Origin: Octopus vulgaris
Taxonomy: Eukaryota
Length of the DNA: 64,000 nucleotides
NCBI GenBank assembly: GCA_951406725.2
Contig: OX597817.1
Coordinates: forward strand, 32,798,001-32,862,000
Reading direction: 5' to 3'
A program made the position numbers and the translations under genes. This document shows positions 1 to 12,694 of the stretch, piece by piece. The notes under the pieces are model-generated. The model was not told the origin of the DNA. It saw nothing but the letters and a program-made list of their open reading frames with translations, and did not search any database. How positions within the stretch are numbered: the stretch's first letter is position 1; the number at the start of each line of letters is the position of its first letter.

Positions 1-732
1 AATCATTGGTAGTAGTATTTAGTTTTAGGCTCGCAGATATTCTCATCTTGACTCCTGTTGAGTTTGACTTTGCCTTTCGTTCTTCCGAGATTGATAAAAT
101 AATGTACTTGTTAAGTAAGGACGAAGCAAGTACTGACATTGATTGAATTTGCAACACTCCTCTACAAAAACTTTGTGGAGCTCTTGCCAAAATTGCAAAT
201 CCACACTGCCAAACCCCCACCCCCAACACCACCACCACCAACAACAACAACAACAACAGCAGCAGCAGCAACAACAACCTTTGTAGTAGTTGTCTTCATT
301 GTCTATGTATATTTTCTCTGAGATTTGCTTGCTGCTTCTTTTTTTTTTTTTCCCCGTCTTAAAAAAAATTAGTCATATAATGTTTTAAAAAAAGCCATAA
401 TCACACACTTTTTGGCTCTGGATTCCTGTTGGGCATTCTCTTGTGTCTAAACCATGATCATGTAGTTTCATGGAGCAACTAAGTGTTTTACAACTGGAAT
501 CCGTTCCAAGAATGACTCAGCTACAAAGTATAAATGCATGAAGCATACAAAACATTTACAAGTTACACTGATAGAAAAGCAGCAATAGACTTTATCTATC
601 ACCTAGTTTAATGCTACCATCTGATCCGCTGCTGTTTTTAGCATGTATTTGAATGAAGTCTCTACTCTGAGGGGTCAGTTCCCCCTCTTCTTTTCTTCTG
701 TAGAGGTCATTATGAAAAAAAAATTGTGTCAA

Positions 733-1322
733 GCATGGCAGTGAAGCTTGATTTGCAACTATGTGGTTTTGGGTTCAGTTCCAGTGTGTGGCACCTTAGG
801 CAAGTGTTTTCAACAATAGTCCTGGGATGAGTGGGGTTTGAAAGAATTTGGTTGATAGAAACTGTGAAGGGTGGCGAGCTAGCAGAAACGTTAGCACGCC
901 GGGCGAAATGCTTAGCAGTATCTCGTCTGCTGTTATGATCTCAGTTCAAATTCCACTGAGGTCGACTTTGCCTTTCATCCTTTTGGGGTTGATAAATTAA
1001 GTACCAGTTATGCACTGGGGTCAATGTAATAGACTTAATCCCTTTGTCTGTCCTTGTTTGTCCCCTCTATGTTTAGCCCCTTGTGGGCAATAAAGAAATA
1101 AGAAACTGTGAGGAAGCCTGTTATATGTATGTATGTGTGTGTTCCCCACAACTACTGCTAATAACCACTGTGAATTTATTTACATCCCCATAAGCAGTCT
1201 GTCAAAAGAGATTAATAGAAAAAGCACCAGACATAAAAATAAGTACTGGGGTAGATTTGGCCACTAAATTCTTCAAGGTCTGAGTAATGCCATAGTTGAA
1301 TGCTGAAATAAGTAAAAGGTAG
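733..1322 (+). mobile_element. Old SINE family A copy, interrupted by SINE B
   Basis: Degenerate head gggttcagttcc..ggcaccttaggcaagtg and tail ..tgctgaaataagtaaaag; split at 868-1100. Confidence 0.75.
868..1100 (+). mobile_element. SINE family B, full length, 11-bp TSD
   Basis: AGAAACTGTGA at 857-867 and 1101-1111; B-box-like agttcaaattcc; near-identical to 60496-60728. Confidence 0.9.
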
Positions 1323-1607
1323 AGATGGGTTGAATCTCATTTTAAGAGAGAAGGGTTTTGTTGCCCCTTGCATTGATTTAGTAAAAGAAAAAATTGAGCA
1401 AACTGTTGGAGATCTGTGTCAACAAACACTATACAGTGAAGTTTGTGAGTTTGGATAAGTTTGTATTGCCATGATGAAGAGAAGTGGATATTGAAGTTTT
1501 GAGACTTATTCTAATAAAGGATTAGCATTCTCCACAGTGAAGGATTAGCATTCTACAAACTTATCCAAACTCACTAACTTCAATTCACTTAGCTGATACA
1601 TTAAAAT

Positions 1608-1856
1608 ATCATCATCATCATCATCATCATTATACATCTGTTTTCCATGCTGACATGGGTTGGACATTTTGACTGAAGCTGGTAAGACGAGAGGTGTGGG
1701 TGGGGTAGGGGTTTGCCACACCAGACTCCATAGTCTGTTTTGGCATGGTTTCTACAGCCGGATGCCCTTCTTAATACCAACCACTTTACCAAGTGTACTG
1801 GGTGCTTTTTATGTGTTGCTAGCACCAGTGCTTTTTGATGTGGCACCAACACAAGT
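1608..1856 (-). mobile_element. Family D-type retroposon 3' part, (GAT)n tail
   Basis: (CAT)n followed by gttttccatgctgacatgggttggac..ggatgcccttc..gggtgctttttatgtg, shared with other D copies. Confidence 0.75.
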
Positions 1857-2231
1857 CCTCTATGCATGAGCTCTTTATGCATTCTAAAATTCAACATCTT
1901 AACATTTCTGTAAGCTCTAAATTCTCAACGTTGGCAAAGCCACATCAAAAAAGATTTTATGGCTTTGAGGACTGTGCTAATTCAGTTTAAGTCTGTTCAT
2001 ATCTCATACATGAATGTATCACCTTTCTAGTTAATAACACTACACTGAGATTTTAAGTGATGTAACATCAAAGGCAATTTCAAATCAAGATTGACATATG
2101 TTAGGCTGAGGGTAGTTCTGTAAGGATAAAAAGAAAAAAACAAAATTATTATTCTGTCCAAAGTACAAACACTTGAGTAAAAAAAAGAAAGAAAAAGAAA
2201 ACAAAACAAAAAAATACCAAGAGTATTTAAA

Positions 2232-2414
2232 TGCTAAAGTCTTAAATTAAAAATACAAATAGTGTTTGTTAATAATTGATTGTTTTATAAAGCAGTTTTT
2301 TTAATGTTATGGTTCAAATATAATTGGTTTGAATCACAACATGAAAAAGTTTTGTAAAAGAAGAAAATCAATTGTTAAACACTATACTTGTATTTTTAAC
2401 TTAAGATTTTAGCA
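2232..2414. repeat. Imperfect AT-rich palindrome, about 85-bp arms
   Basis: tgctaaagtcttaaattaaaaatacaa..tgttatggttcaaa is the reverse complement of tttgaatcacaaca..ttgtatttttaacttaagattttagca; loop about 9 nt. Confidence 0.85.
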
Positions 2415-2509
2415 AGACTCTGATATGAGATCAATACAAATTTCTTACTAAAGGAATTTTGAGTTACATAGAGTAACATTTTTTTAGTCAGGGATTCAAC
2501 TCAGATATT

Positions 2510-2711
2510 TAAAGTTTGCCTTGCAACCTTGTGGGTTTTAGGTTCAAACCCACTGTGCAACACTTTGGGCAAGTGTCTCCTGCTATAGAAGGGCATCAAG
2601 CTGTACAAACCTTGCCAGATCAGATTGCAGCCTGGTACAGCCTCCTGGTTTGCCAGTCAACAGTCAAACCATCCAACCCATGCCAGCATGGAAAGCGGAT
2701 GTTAAATGATG
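2510..2711 (+). mobile_element. Chimera: SINE A head fused to family D tail
   Basis: ggttcaaacccactgtgcaacactttgggcaagtgtc followed directly by gaagggcatc..ccatccaacccatgccagcatggaaagcggatgttaaatgatgat. Confidence 0.7.
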
Positions 2712-2741
<30 letters not shown>

Positions 2742-2742
<1 letters not shown>

Positions 2743-2909
2743 CTCTTACTCTTTTACTCTTACTTGTTTCAGTCATTTGACTGTGGCCATGATGGAGCAC
2801 TGCCTTTAGTTGAGCAAATTGACCCCAGGACTTATACTTTGTAAGCCTAGTACTTATTCTATCAGTCCGTTTTGCCAAACCACTAAGTTACAGGGACATA
2901 AACACACCA

Positions 2910-2950
<41 letters not shown>

Positions 2951-3117
2951 TATATACGATGGGCTTCTTTCAGTTTCCATCTACCAAATCCACTCACAAG
3001 GCTTCGGTCGGCCCGAGGCTATAGTAGAAAACACTTGCCCAAGGTGTGACGAAGTGGGACTGAACCCGGAACCATGAGGCTGGTAAGCAAGCTACTTACC
3101 ACACAGCGACTCCTACG

Positions 3118-3120
<3 letters not shown>
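2742..3120 (-). mobile_element. SINE family A, near full length
   Basis: tRNA-like head (A/B boxes), CORE-like ccttgggcaagtg, central (TA)n and (TAAAAGAG)n tail, all on the minus strand. Confidence 0.9.
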
Positions 3121-3163
<43 letters not shown>

Positions 3164-3720
3164 TATAAAAATGCATATCTGTATATGTCTATGTATACAC
3201 ACGCATGCTTGCACACACACACTCATTGCATGCACATGAATATATGTATATATGTATGTGTGTGCAACTGTGCACGTTATGTGTTTGTCTGTGTGTCTGT
3301 GTGTGTCTGTGTGTGTGAATACACTGCAAATCAGACTCCCTCTGATATGTATGGATATAAATATTTTGGTTTGTTGGTATTGCATGCTGTAGAAGGTGTA
3401 AGAAATACGCATTTTTCGCATTCCTTTCCTTTTCAATCATTCTATTGAAGCCATTAATCAATATCTCTTGCTTTGCAAATTTTTACATTACTTGTTGAGT
3501 TGTCTTGTATTTACCCCCCCCCCCCTCCCACCATATCATAATCACCAAATTCCTCCCGCATTCTTCAAGTGGTAATATTTTCAGACATCACGAATGCTTT
3601 ATTTTGCTTGCAATCTTTTTTTTTTTTCCCAATTTTTGATGAAAAGTGTTTCAATAAGGTCTAATTAATCATTCCTGCCTGTAGCATTTTTGAAAATCAT
3701 AGCACAATGAAGAAGAGAGA

Positions 3721-3751
<31 letters not shown>

Positions 3752-4354
3752 AAGCAAATTCATAAAAATGAACTATTGCATGAAAATTCACTATGTTGCT
3801 TTGGTTTTGGATTATATTTTAGATGTGTATGTGTGTGTGTTCATATTCATTTCTAACATTGTTGTTAAATAAAATTATATATTATTTAATTGTATATATA
3901 TGTATATAAATACACAATGTATGCATATATATATTCATTTTTAACATTGTTGTTAAATAAAAATTATATATGATTTGTTGTGTGTGTATGAATGTGTGTA
4001 TATATGTGTGTGTGTGTGTGTAGGTGTATATATATATATATATATATAAAATAGGAAAATGAATTTGGAGAACCAAGAGAAAGAACATATATATATACAT
4101 ATATTTACATACACGCACTCATATATTTCATATATTTTCAACATTGTCAATTAAAAAGAAAATTAGGATAATTTAATTGAGCAAATTTTTAAATGAAATT
4201 TTAAAGAATTTTGTTGTTTCCACTTTGTAGACTATTATTACCATACCAGCTAATGAAGGGAATTTCTACACAGTCCCTCCAATCTTCTAAAAATTTAACT
4301 GCTGCTAAAAGTAGCAGCTAAATCTCCCTCTTAGAGGAAGGACATACTATATAA

Positions 4355-4950
4355 CAGTGGTTCTCAACTGGGCTCCATGTAAGATTTTGTTAAAATTTAT
4401 GAGCAATAAATTGGTTATGCGTTTGCAATACACAAAATATTTTAATTTTTATATACAATTCCTAATAATACTTACTTTTTTACTTGTTTCAGTCATTTGA
4501 CTGTGGCCATGCTGGAGCACTGCTTTTAGTCGAGCAAATCGACCTCAGGACTTATTCTTTGTAAGCCTAGTACTTATCCTATCGGTCTCTTTTTGCCAAA
4601 CCACTAAGTTACAGGGACGTAAACACACCAGCATCGGTTGTCAAGCGATGTTGGGGGGACAAACACACACATATATATACAATATATGATGGGTTTCTTT
4701 CAGTTTCTGTCTACCAAATCCACTCACAAAGCTTTGGTCGGCCTGAGGCTACAGTAGAAGACACTTGCCCAAGGTGCCACGCAGTGGGACTGAACCCAGA
4801 ACCATGTGGTTCGTAAGCAAGGTACTTACCACACAGCCACTCCCATATCTTAATTATAAAGATATAGGATTTTTGTTTTAACTTTGGGGTCTAGTAGAGT
4901 TAAACACCTATATATGGGGTCCATAAGCAAAAAGTGGTTGAAAAGCACTA
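4355..4950. mobile_element. hAT-type MITE (family G), interrupted by SINE A
   Basis: Ends cagtggttctcaac / ggttgaaaagcacta; flanks ctatataa / ctgtatat (degenerate 8-bp TSD); internal sequence matches 38853-39107. Confidence 0.75.
4471..4844 (-). mobile_element. SINE family A, full length, nested in G
   Basis: Matches the family A pattern end to end. Confidence 0.9.
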
Positions 4951-5825
4951 CTGTATATTGTGGTCCTGCGCTCACTATGTCTAAATAAATGATGGGATGG
5001 GCATGAATGGAATTTCCATAATCATTTGATTGCTCAATAAAATGCAACGAAAACTATAGTGGGATTACACTAGAATAATAATAATTAATGTATAAACTAA
5101 GATCTATTTACAAATCACTTATCTACTTCATATTTGTTCATAGATTGTTAGTACATTTTACATCTGTTTTTCCATGCTAGTATGGGTTGGATAAGTACAT
5201 ATTTCAAGCATTGCCTTTCTGGTTCTTAACCCTTATGTGTTTTCCAAGTAATGAATTTTTTTTTACTTCCCCTGTTTATTCTACTTGTCTTTGAAAGTAC
5301 AGAAATACAAAATGATTTGCTAACAGAGAAAGTTAACGAATGCTATTGTTTTTTGTTTTTCATGCGGAATATAGAATGTAGGTATATACTCAGACACAGA
5401 CATGCTAAATTTACGTATATACATATACAGACACTCTTCCTTGCTTAAAAAGCATGTTTCCTTACAGTTTCCACCTACCAATTTCCCTCACAGTGGATTC
5501 ATCAGCCTTAGACTTGAGGCTAGAAGACACTTGCCCAACATGCCACATTGTGAGATAGAACCTGAGACTGTATCAAAGCCAACTCTGTGTTCACACATCC
5601 ATGCCTGCCTCTATTATATCAAGTAATTTTATGTTAACCTCCACATAACCAGTTGATGTAGTTGACATTTTCATGGGAAAATCATAAACATTTTGCTATG
5701 CTTTCTCCAATATTTTTACATAATAAACTATCTTTACACTTAATAAAGAAAATATTTAAAATTGATTTATGTATTCACACCTATTGTACAGATATCTACT
5801 AGTTTTATATATTTCGATATATTAA

Positions 5826-6000
5826 GGTGTTGAGCTGGCAGACAAAATGCTTCACAGCATTTCTTTTGGTATTATGTTAGGAATTGAAATTCTGCGAAAT
5901 TGACTTGCCTTTCATTTGCTCAGGGTCAATAAAATAACTACCAGCTGAGCACTGGGGTTGATGTAATTGACTAGCTCCCTTCCATAAAATTCGAGGCCTG
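5826..6000 (+). mobile_element. Old SINE B-like copy
   Basis: gagctggcaga..gacttgcctttcatt..gggtcaataaaataactaccag..cactggggttgatgtaat. Similar relics at about 20-200, 21485-21700 and 26840-27050. Confidence 0.65.
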
Positions 6001-7964
6001 AAAGAGTATGATGTGATGTATTTATTTATTTAGAGGTAAAAATATAGCATTTATTGTAAATAAAATCAAACAGTAAAAGCAAGAAATTTTCTAGTTTGGA
6101 GCTTTAACATTTCATGTAATAGCAAAGAAATCTCTGCACTTTGTGATAAATGTGGTGAGATGCATTAATACTAAGTCGAGATTTAGTTTGAGATTATATG
6201 CTTTTGCTGCTAGTAGATGGATATTTTAGTTAACAAGTGCATCATAATATGTCATATTTTTTCTACTTTGACACCATCTTCTCGTTTGGTGATGGTATAT
6301 ATTTTTTCTTATAGTTTCTAACTGATCTCATGGTTTTATAGAATGTAATTAAGCAATGCTGATGCATCAAACACGCAAAAATAAATAAATAAAACTGGAA
6401 AAAAAAATGCAAATGTTTTTCTTTGCTGTAATTGGAAAGGCTTGAGGAACAAGAAACATAATTATTGCAACATAAAGAAACTACCACTGTGAATGTTTGT
6501 GAAAAAATAGATATCTTCAAATGTAATTGATTTTTTTTTTTATTTTGTGGCTAGGGGGCTCTGGCATCTTATCTCTATGATTCAAGGCAATTACTCAGAA
6601 ACTTGATTTTCATATTTTTTTCTCCTTCCATGTTTTTTTTTCATTCCTTCTTTCTCCCCCCCCTCCCCCGCCATTTTAGCAATATTGGAAAATGTTTAGA
6701 AAGATAAATATATTAATTTGAAGGAAGGATTCATGTGGAGGTGTATTGGTGGCAGCACTATTGTAGCAGTAATTAAGCTATGCATAAATTAAACTCTGAG
6801 CAATTGATATGTTTTTAATAGTTATTTTGTCAGATCTTATAATGTAGGCAGCAGTTTACTTAGTCAATAACTCTGTCAAATATGAGTAAGTATAACAGTT
6901 TCTAGTCAATGTTTTAATTGAGAATGACGGTAAAACATGTTTCATATCTGACAAGACTAACTTTTCTTCATGGTATTTCTAAGTTATAGACATGTCATGT
7001 AATTATGATTCCGTTAGATAAAAAAGAAATTGCTACATTTAACCAGAAATATCCAAAATTCTTTTCTTTTTTTTCTATCTAACTTCTAACAGGATTATTG
7101 CATTAATTCTGATCCCCACCTTCCAGAGTCTTTTACCTAAACCCGAAAATTGGGAAAAGAAATTGGATATGCCTAAAAGCTTGTGCAGGGATTGGACTTA
7201 GATAGATGCATGCATGTGTTGAAAAATACCCAAAGTGTCATAGTTCTTTTGAAGCAACGTTATATCCAATTAAAAGGAAAGGCTTTAAAAAGTTATAAAC
7301 TGCTTCTTAATCAGTTATTAGTTCCAGGTTATAATAATTAAATTGCTAACTTATCTTGAAATAAAACAGGCATTATCCATCTTTACCTCATGTTTTGAAT
7401 GAGTGCATTCCTGTGTAAAAGCAATAAAATTGACATTCTTCTTCTTTGTATTGTACTTTGAATGAACACATTCCTGTGTAAAAGCATTTACTACTTCTTT
7501 TCCTGAGAGGAGCAAGAATGCTGGCATTTCAGACCTCAAAATTACTATCTTATCATTCTATCTGTGTTTATAATCATTTTTGATAAGCCTACTACTATCT
7601 GGCTCCCAGTAACATGTTACAAGAATAAGAAAATAATATTCTTTTAAAGAATAAAGCAAAGCAGAAAGCATTTTAAAGAGCCAACTATATCAACATAAGG
7701 AGCTCTTTCAAACACCATTACAAAACCAAACAAAACAAAAAAACCCCACTACATTCCTCTCCAAATACATCTGGTAAAAACAAAAGTTGGGTCTACCAAC
7801 ATCAATTGGTAGATTTTAGAGAGAGCCACTCTCTCTAGTAATGGCTCAAAATAATGCAATCTATGTTTGACAAGGAAATATATCATAAACCACCCCACAC
7901 CATGAATGGAAAGATGGAGCTTACAGTTGCAGTATACATGTGTCATCCACCCCTTCCTCTTTTT

Positions 7965-8190
7965 TCTCCTCATTTAATATCTGTTTTCCATGCTGGCATG
8001 GGTTGGACAGTTCCATAGGAACTGGCGAGTCAAAAAGACTTCACCAATCCCTACTGTCTGCTTTGGTATGGTTTTTATAGCTGATGCCCTTCCTAACACC
8101 AACCACTTTGCAGATTGTACTGGGTGCTTTTCACATGGCACCAGCAGCAATGAAGTCCAAGTAACTTGCAAGACAAAACCTCTCAACTGA
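7965..8190 (-). mobile_element. Family D-type retroposon 3' part
   Basis: gttttccatgctggcatgggttggac..gatgcccttcctaacaccaaccac..gggtgcttttcacatggcacc. Confidence 0.75.
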
Positions 8191-8454
8191 GGCTGGGAAT
8201 AATGTTAGGGGACAGAAAAGAGAGTTTCGCATTAGAGGGAAACATGACTGCTTCAGATGGGGGACGGAGTGGAGAGAAAGGGTAAAGTGAAAAAATGAGA
8301 GAGAAGATGGGGGGGGGAATGTGACAGTGAGTAGGTGAGTTCATGAGACTGTGAAAATAGATGGTGGGAGGGGTTGTAATGAGTGGGCACAGGTAGAGGG
8401 AGGGGTGCTGTGAGGAAAAAACTCAGCAGGGACATATTGTGTACAGGTGGATAT

Positions 8455-8494
<40 letters not shown>

Positions 8495-8930
8495 GGTGGG
8501 GATGTAGGTTAGCATGGGTGGGGCTAGGGGAAGAGTTTCCTAATTGATAGAAGCTATCAGCTATTTCTAGCAAGCCTGCTGGGATTTACTTCTTGTGTGC
8601 ACTTATTGTTAACTAATGTGCATCATTTACATACAAACTCCTTGCTATTTGTCAGCCCACCTGGGATCTCACTGCAGCTTTTGTGCACCCAAAGTTTGCA
8701 CAAACATTTAATGTAGAGATTCTTCTTAGCTCTTTTTTTCATTCTGAGTACAGCCACTTCCCAAATTGTAGTCTTTCTAGTTACCTTAAACTGTTTTTTA
8801 TTTGCTATGTTGGTATTTAGGCCATAGCTTTCGCGTACACAACTGCTTCTCTAAGTCTTCTGATTTGGTTGAGAATTAGGTGTCTTACAGATAGACAGCT
8901 ATAAACTCCTCTGTTATTACAGAGAGAACT

Positions 8931-9159
8931 TTAACCCTTTTGTTACTAACCCGGCTGAAACCGGCTCTGGCTCTGTTGTACAAATGTCTTGTTTTCTTAA
9001 GGTTTCAATTAAAATCTTCCATCAAATCTTAGTCACAATTTATGTTCCTAATACTAGCTGAATGATAACTAAGTTATTTTACTAAATTCTTTGTTATATT
9101 TAAAGTAATTGAAAGAAACACAGAGCATCTCAACAGAAATACAGTAACAAAAGGGTTAA
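8931..9159. mobile_element. piggyBac-type MITE family E (about 220 bp, TTAA TSD included)
   Basis: TTAA-CCCTTTTGTTAC ... GTAACAAAAGGG-TTAA; internal sequence shared with the other E copies. Confidence 0.9.
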
Positions 9160-9319
9160 TAAGAGGAGACGACTGAAAACCAGGTCCTCGTGGATATCTT
9201 TCTGTAGGCTAAATACCTTTCTTAATTTGATGCTAACTCTCACAAGCATCTGCCCTTTCCTGCTACCAGCCCTTACCTGTTACTCTGTGTGTGTGTGTGT
9301 AGATATGGGTGTGTTTTTG

Positions 9320-9392
<73 letters not shown>

Positions 9393-10078
9393 CAATACAC
9401 ACATACATATATACATACATACATGTGTGTGTGTGCACATATTCTTTTAATCATTTACTGGTTTCAGTTGATTACTAGACTACAAGACGACTAGTGCCTT
9501 TATCTGGTACTTACATTATTGCTTTCTTAAGAGATGACAGGCAGAGCCAGCCAGAGCCAAAAGGAGTGTAACTTGTATTGAGTCAAATCCCACATGGGAT
9601 TTTGTGTGTACATATACACACACACATCATCATTGTTATCATCGTCATCACCACCATCATTCCGCTTATATACACCTGATGTGCTTTCACACAGTTTTCA
9701 CTGAAACCTCTGACTGATCTGAGTCTATGGTAGAGAAGACACTTGCCCCAATTGACATGCTGTGGAATTAAGATTTGGAGCTACATGGTTTTCAGGTGAA
9801 GTGAAGAACCCTTCCATATTAGTACCCTGTGTGTGTGTATATCTAAGAACAAGCATAATGAAATGTGGGTTCAGGTACTGGCATGTGTAAGAAGCTTACT
9901 TTACAACCATGTGGTTTCCGGTTCAATCCCATTGCACATTGGGTAAGCATTTGTATTATAGTCCTGGACTGACCAATACATTGTGAGTGAACTTGGAAAT
10001 TCTGGCGGAAGGCTGTTGTATATATATATATATATATATATGCAGATGTCTTTAAAATAAAACTGGATCTCTTCTTGT

Positions 10079-10275
10079 CAGGTGTGCCAGATGAACCAAC
10101 TTAACGGCAGGAGGTGCAGATGAGGGCAGCTGCATCGAACTCTCTCATGCACCAAATGGCAGTTGCTAAAAAGCATTCGTGAAGTAAAATCATGTAGCAA
10201 CACCAAATGGCAGTGCCCCAGCATGGCCACAGCTTGTGAGCTGAAACTAGATAAAAATAAAAATAAAATAAAAAT
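10079..10275 (+). mobile_element. Distinct short retroposon sharing the 3' tail of SINE A
   Basis: Unique body, then ggcagtgccccagcatggccacag..ctgaaac and a (TAAAA)n tail. Confidence 0.55.
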
Positions 10276-10675
10276 AGGAGTGGCTGTGTGGTCAGTAGCT
10301 TGCTTACCAACCATATGGCTCCGGGTTCAGTCCCACTGCGTGGCACCTTGAGCAAGTGTCTTCTGCTATAGCCCCGGGCCAACCAATGCCTTGTGAGTGG
10401 ATTTGGTAGACGGAAACTGAAAGAAGCCCGTCGTATATATGTATATATATATATATGTGTGTGCGTGTATGTTTGTGTGTCTGTGTTTGTCCCCCTAGCA
10501 TTGCTTGACAACCGATGCTGGTGTGTTTATGTCCCCGTTATTTAGCGGTTCGGCAAAAGAGACCGATAGAATAAGTACTGGGCTTACAAAAGAAGAAGTC
10601 CCGGGGTCGAGTTGCTCGATTAAAGGTGGTGCTCCAGCATGGCCGCAGTCAAATGACTGAAACAAGTAAAAAAGA
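10276..10675 (+). mobile_element. SINE family A, young subfamily, full length
   Basis: CpG-rich; diagnostic gccccgggccaaccaatgcc and ccctagcattgc shared with copies at 11507 and 13510, and in part with 33841 and 50646. Confidence 0.92.
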
Positions 10676-10689
10676 TATATATATATATA

Positions 10690-11006
10690 TCATCATCATC
10701 ATCATTTAGCGTCCGTTTTCCATGCTAGCATGGGCTGGACGGTTCAATGGGGTCTGGGAAGCCCGAAGGCTGCACCAGGCCAGTCAGATCTGGCAGTGTT
10801 TCTACAGCTGGATGCCCTTCCTAACGCCAACCACTCCGTGAGTGTAGTGGGTGCTTTTTATGTGCCACCGACACAGGTGCCAGACGAGGCTGGTGAACGG
10901 CCATGCTCGGATGGTGCTTTTTACGTGCCACTGGCACGGAGGCCAGGCGAGGCTGGCAACGGCCATGATCGGATGGTGTTTGTTACGTGCCACCAGCACG
11001 GAGGCC
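10690..11006 (-). mobile_element. Family D retroposon with three internal ggtgct..gtgcca repeat units
   Basis: (CAT)n tail at left; repeated ggtgctttttacgtgccac units. Confidence 0.85.
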
Positions 11007-11007
11007 A

Positions 11008-11045
<38 letters not shown>

Positions 11046-11046
<1 letters not shown>

Positions 11047-11221
11047 TTCGGTGATAATTTTCCTTCTCTGGACTTTTCCATTTTCTCCTCTGACGAAGAG
11101 CTATGCTCAAAACGTAAAAAGCCCTCTCTTTTTACTGACCGTCAAGCTAATACATTCCATGTGTATGTCCTCTTGTTGTTTTGTTATTGTTATTTTTAAT
11201 GTTCAGTTATTCAATTTGACT
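11046..11221 (+). mobile_element. Penelope-like fragment with hammerhead-like core
   Basis: CTGACGA-A-GAGC-tat-GCTC-AAAACGT at 11090-11116; related copy on the minus strand at 59972-60123; flanked by (TA)n. Confidence 0.6.
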
Positions 11222-11506
11222 ATATATATGTGTGTGTATGTGTGTAGATGCATGCATATGTATATATATATATATCCATATATTTATATATGTATGTAGG
11301 TATGCGTTTGTGTTTCTTTCCACGACCACCACCACTTCGCAACTGGTGTTAGCTTGTTTACATCCCTGTAATTTCGTCAAAAGAGATTGACAGAATAAAT
11401 ATCAAATATAAAATAATTCATGGGGTCAATTTGTTTGGCTGAGCCCTTCAAAGCAGTGCTCCAGTATGGCCACAGTTCAGTGACTGAAACAAGTAAAACA
11501 TAAAAA

Positions 11507-11903
11507 AGTGGCTGTGTGGTAAGTAGCTTGCTAACCAACCACATGGTTCCGGGTTCAGTCCCACTGCGTGGCATCTTGGGCAAGTGTCTTCTGCTATAGC
11601 CCCGGGCCGACCAATGCCTTGTGAGTGGATTTGGTAGACGGAAACTGAAAGAAGTCTGTCGTATATATGTATATATATATATATGTATGTGCGTGTGCTT
11701 GTGTTTGTCCCCCTAGCATTGCTTGACAAACGATGCTGATGTGTTTACGTCCCCGTCACTTAGCGGTTCGGCAAAAAGAGACCGATAGAATAAGTACTGG
11801 GCTTACAAAAAGAATAAGTCCCGGGGTCGATTTGCTCGACTAAAGGCGGTGCTCCAGCATGGCCGCAGTCAAATGACTGAAACAAGTAAAAGAGTAAAAG
11901 AGT
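11507..11903 (+). mobile_element. SINE family A, young subfamily
   Basis: Near-identical to 10276-10675; directly follows an older A 3' half (about 11300-11505). Confidence 0.92.
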
Positions 11904-12506
11904 ATATTTTGAGATCGTGTAATATTATATATTTCAATAATATTGAGTTTTAAATCTCACAGAATCTCTCACTTTGTTCTGTATTGGTGTTTGAAAACAG
12001 TCACAGAAGCAAATGGGATGGCAAGATTAGATTCTGTCTGAGTGGAGAATTTTCTTCCCAATTTGTTTCCATTCATGGTTTTTTGGGCATGTATTACGCT
12101 AGGTATCACCTTCCTGCTATTGAGTGAGAAAACAGGGCCAGATGATAGATGTGAAAGAAATGAGAAACATGTTTGAAAAGTAATTTTGGAGGTGTTCACT
12201 GGATTCTCTGCTAATAGCTAAAGCCCTGTTGCCACATTCTTTGGAAGAAGGGTGGGAGGAAGAAAAGAAAATTAGTAGGAGCACCAAGAAAAGTTAGACG
12301 CTTTCTCTCTTCTTTCTCTCTCTCTTTTTCTCTTTCTCTTTCTCTCAATCTCTCTCTCTTTCTCAACTTACTTGGTGAACAGGCCTTTAATATGAATTTC
12401 CTTCGTTATTGAAGAAAATTTTTCTAAATTAAAACAGTCTGTTGCTAAAGTAAAACCTGATGGAACTCACATCAGGGACACACACACACAAATACACACA
12501 CACACA

Positions 12507-12548
<42 letters not shown>

Positions 12549-12658
12549 GTACACCCAAGCACACATAGAAACACTATGTTTTTGCCTCTTTCTCTTCTCT
12601 TACATATACATAGAAACACAGCTACTACATTGACACAAACACACATGCACACGCACAC

Positions 12659-12694
<36 letters not shown>

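Noticed and set aside
7394-7486. 30-bp direct repeat with 63-bp period (similar small duplications at 1518, 3844, 13279, 45315)
   Set aside because: Ordinary slippage-type local duplications.
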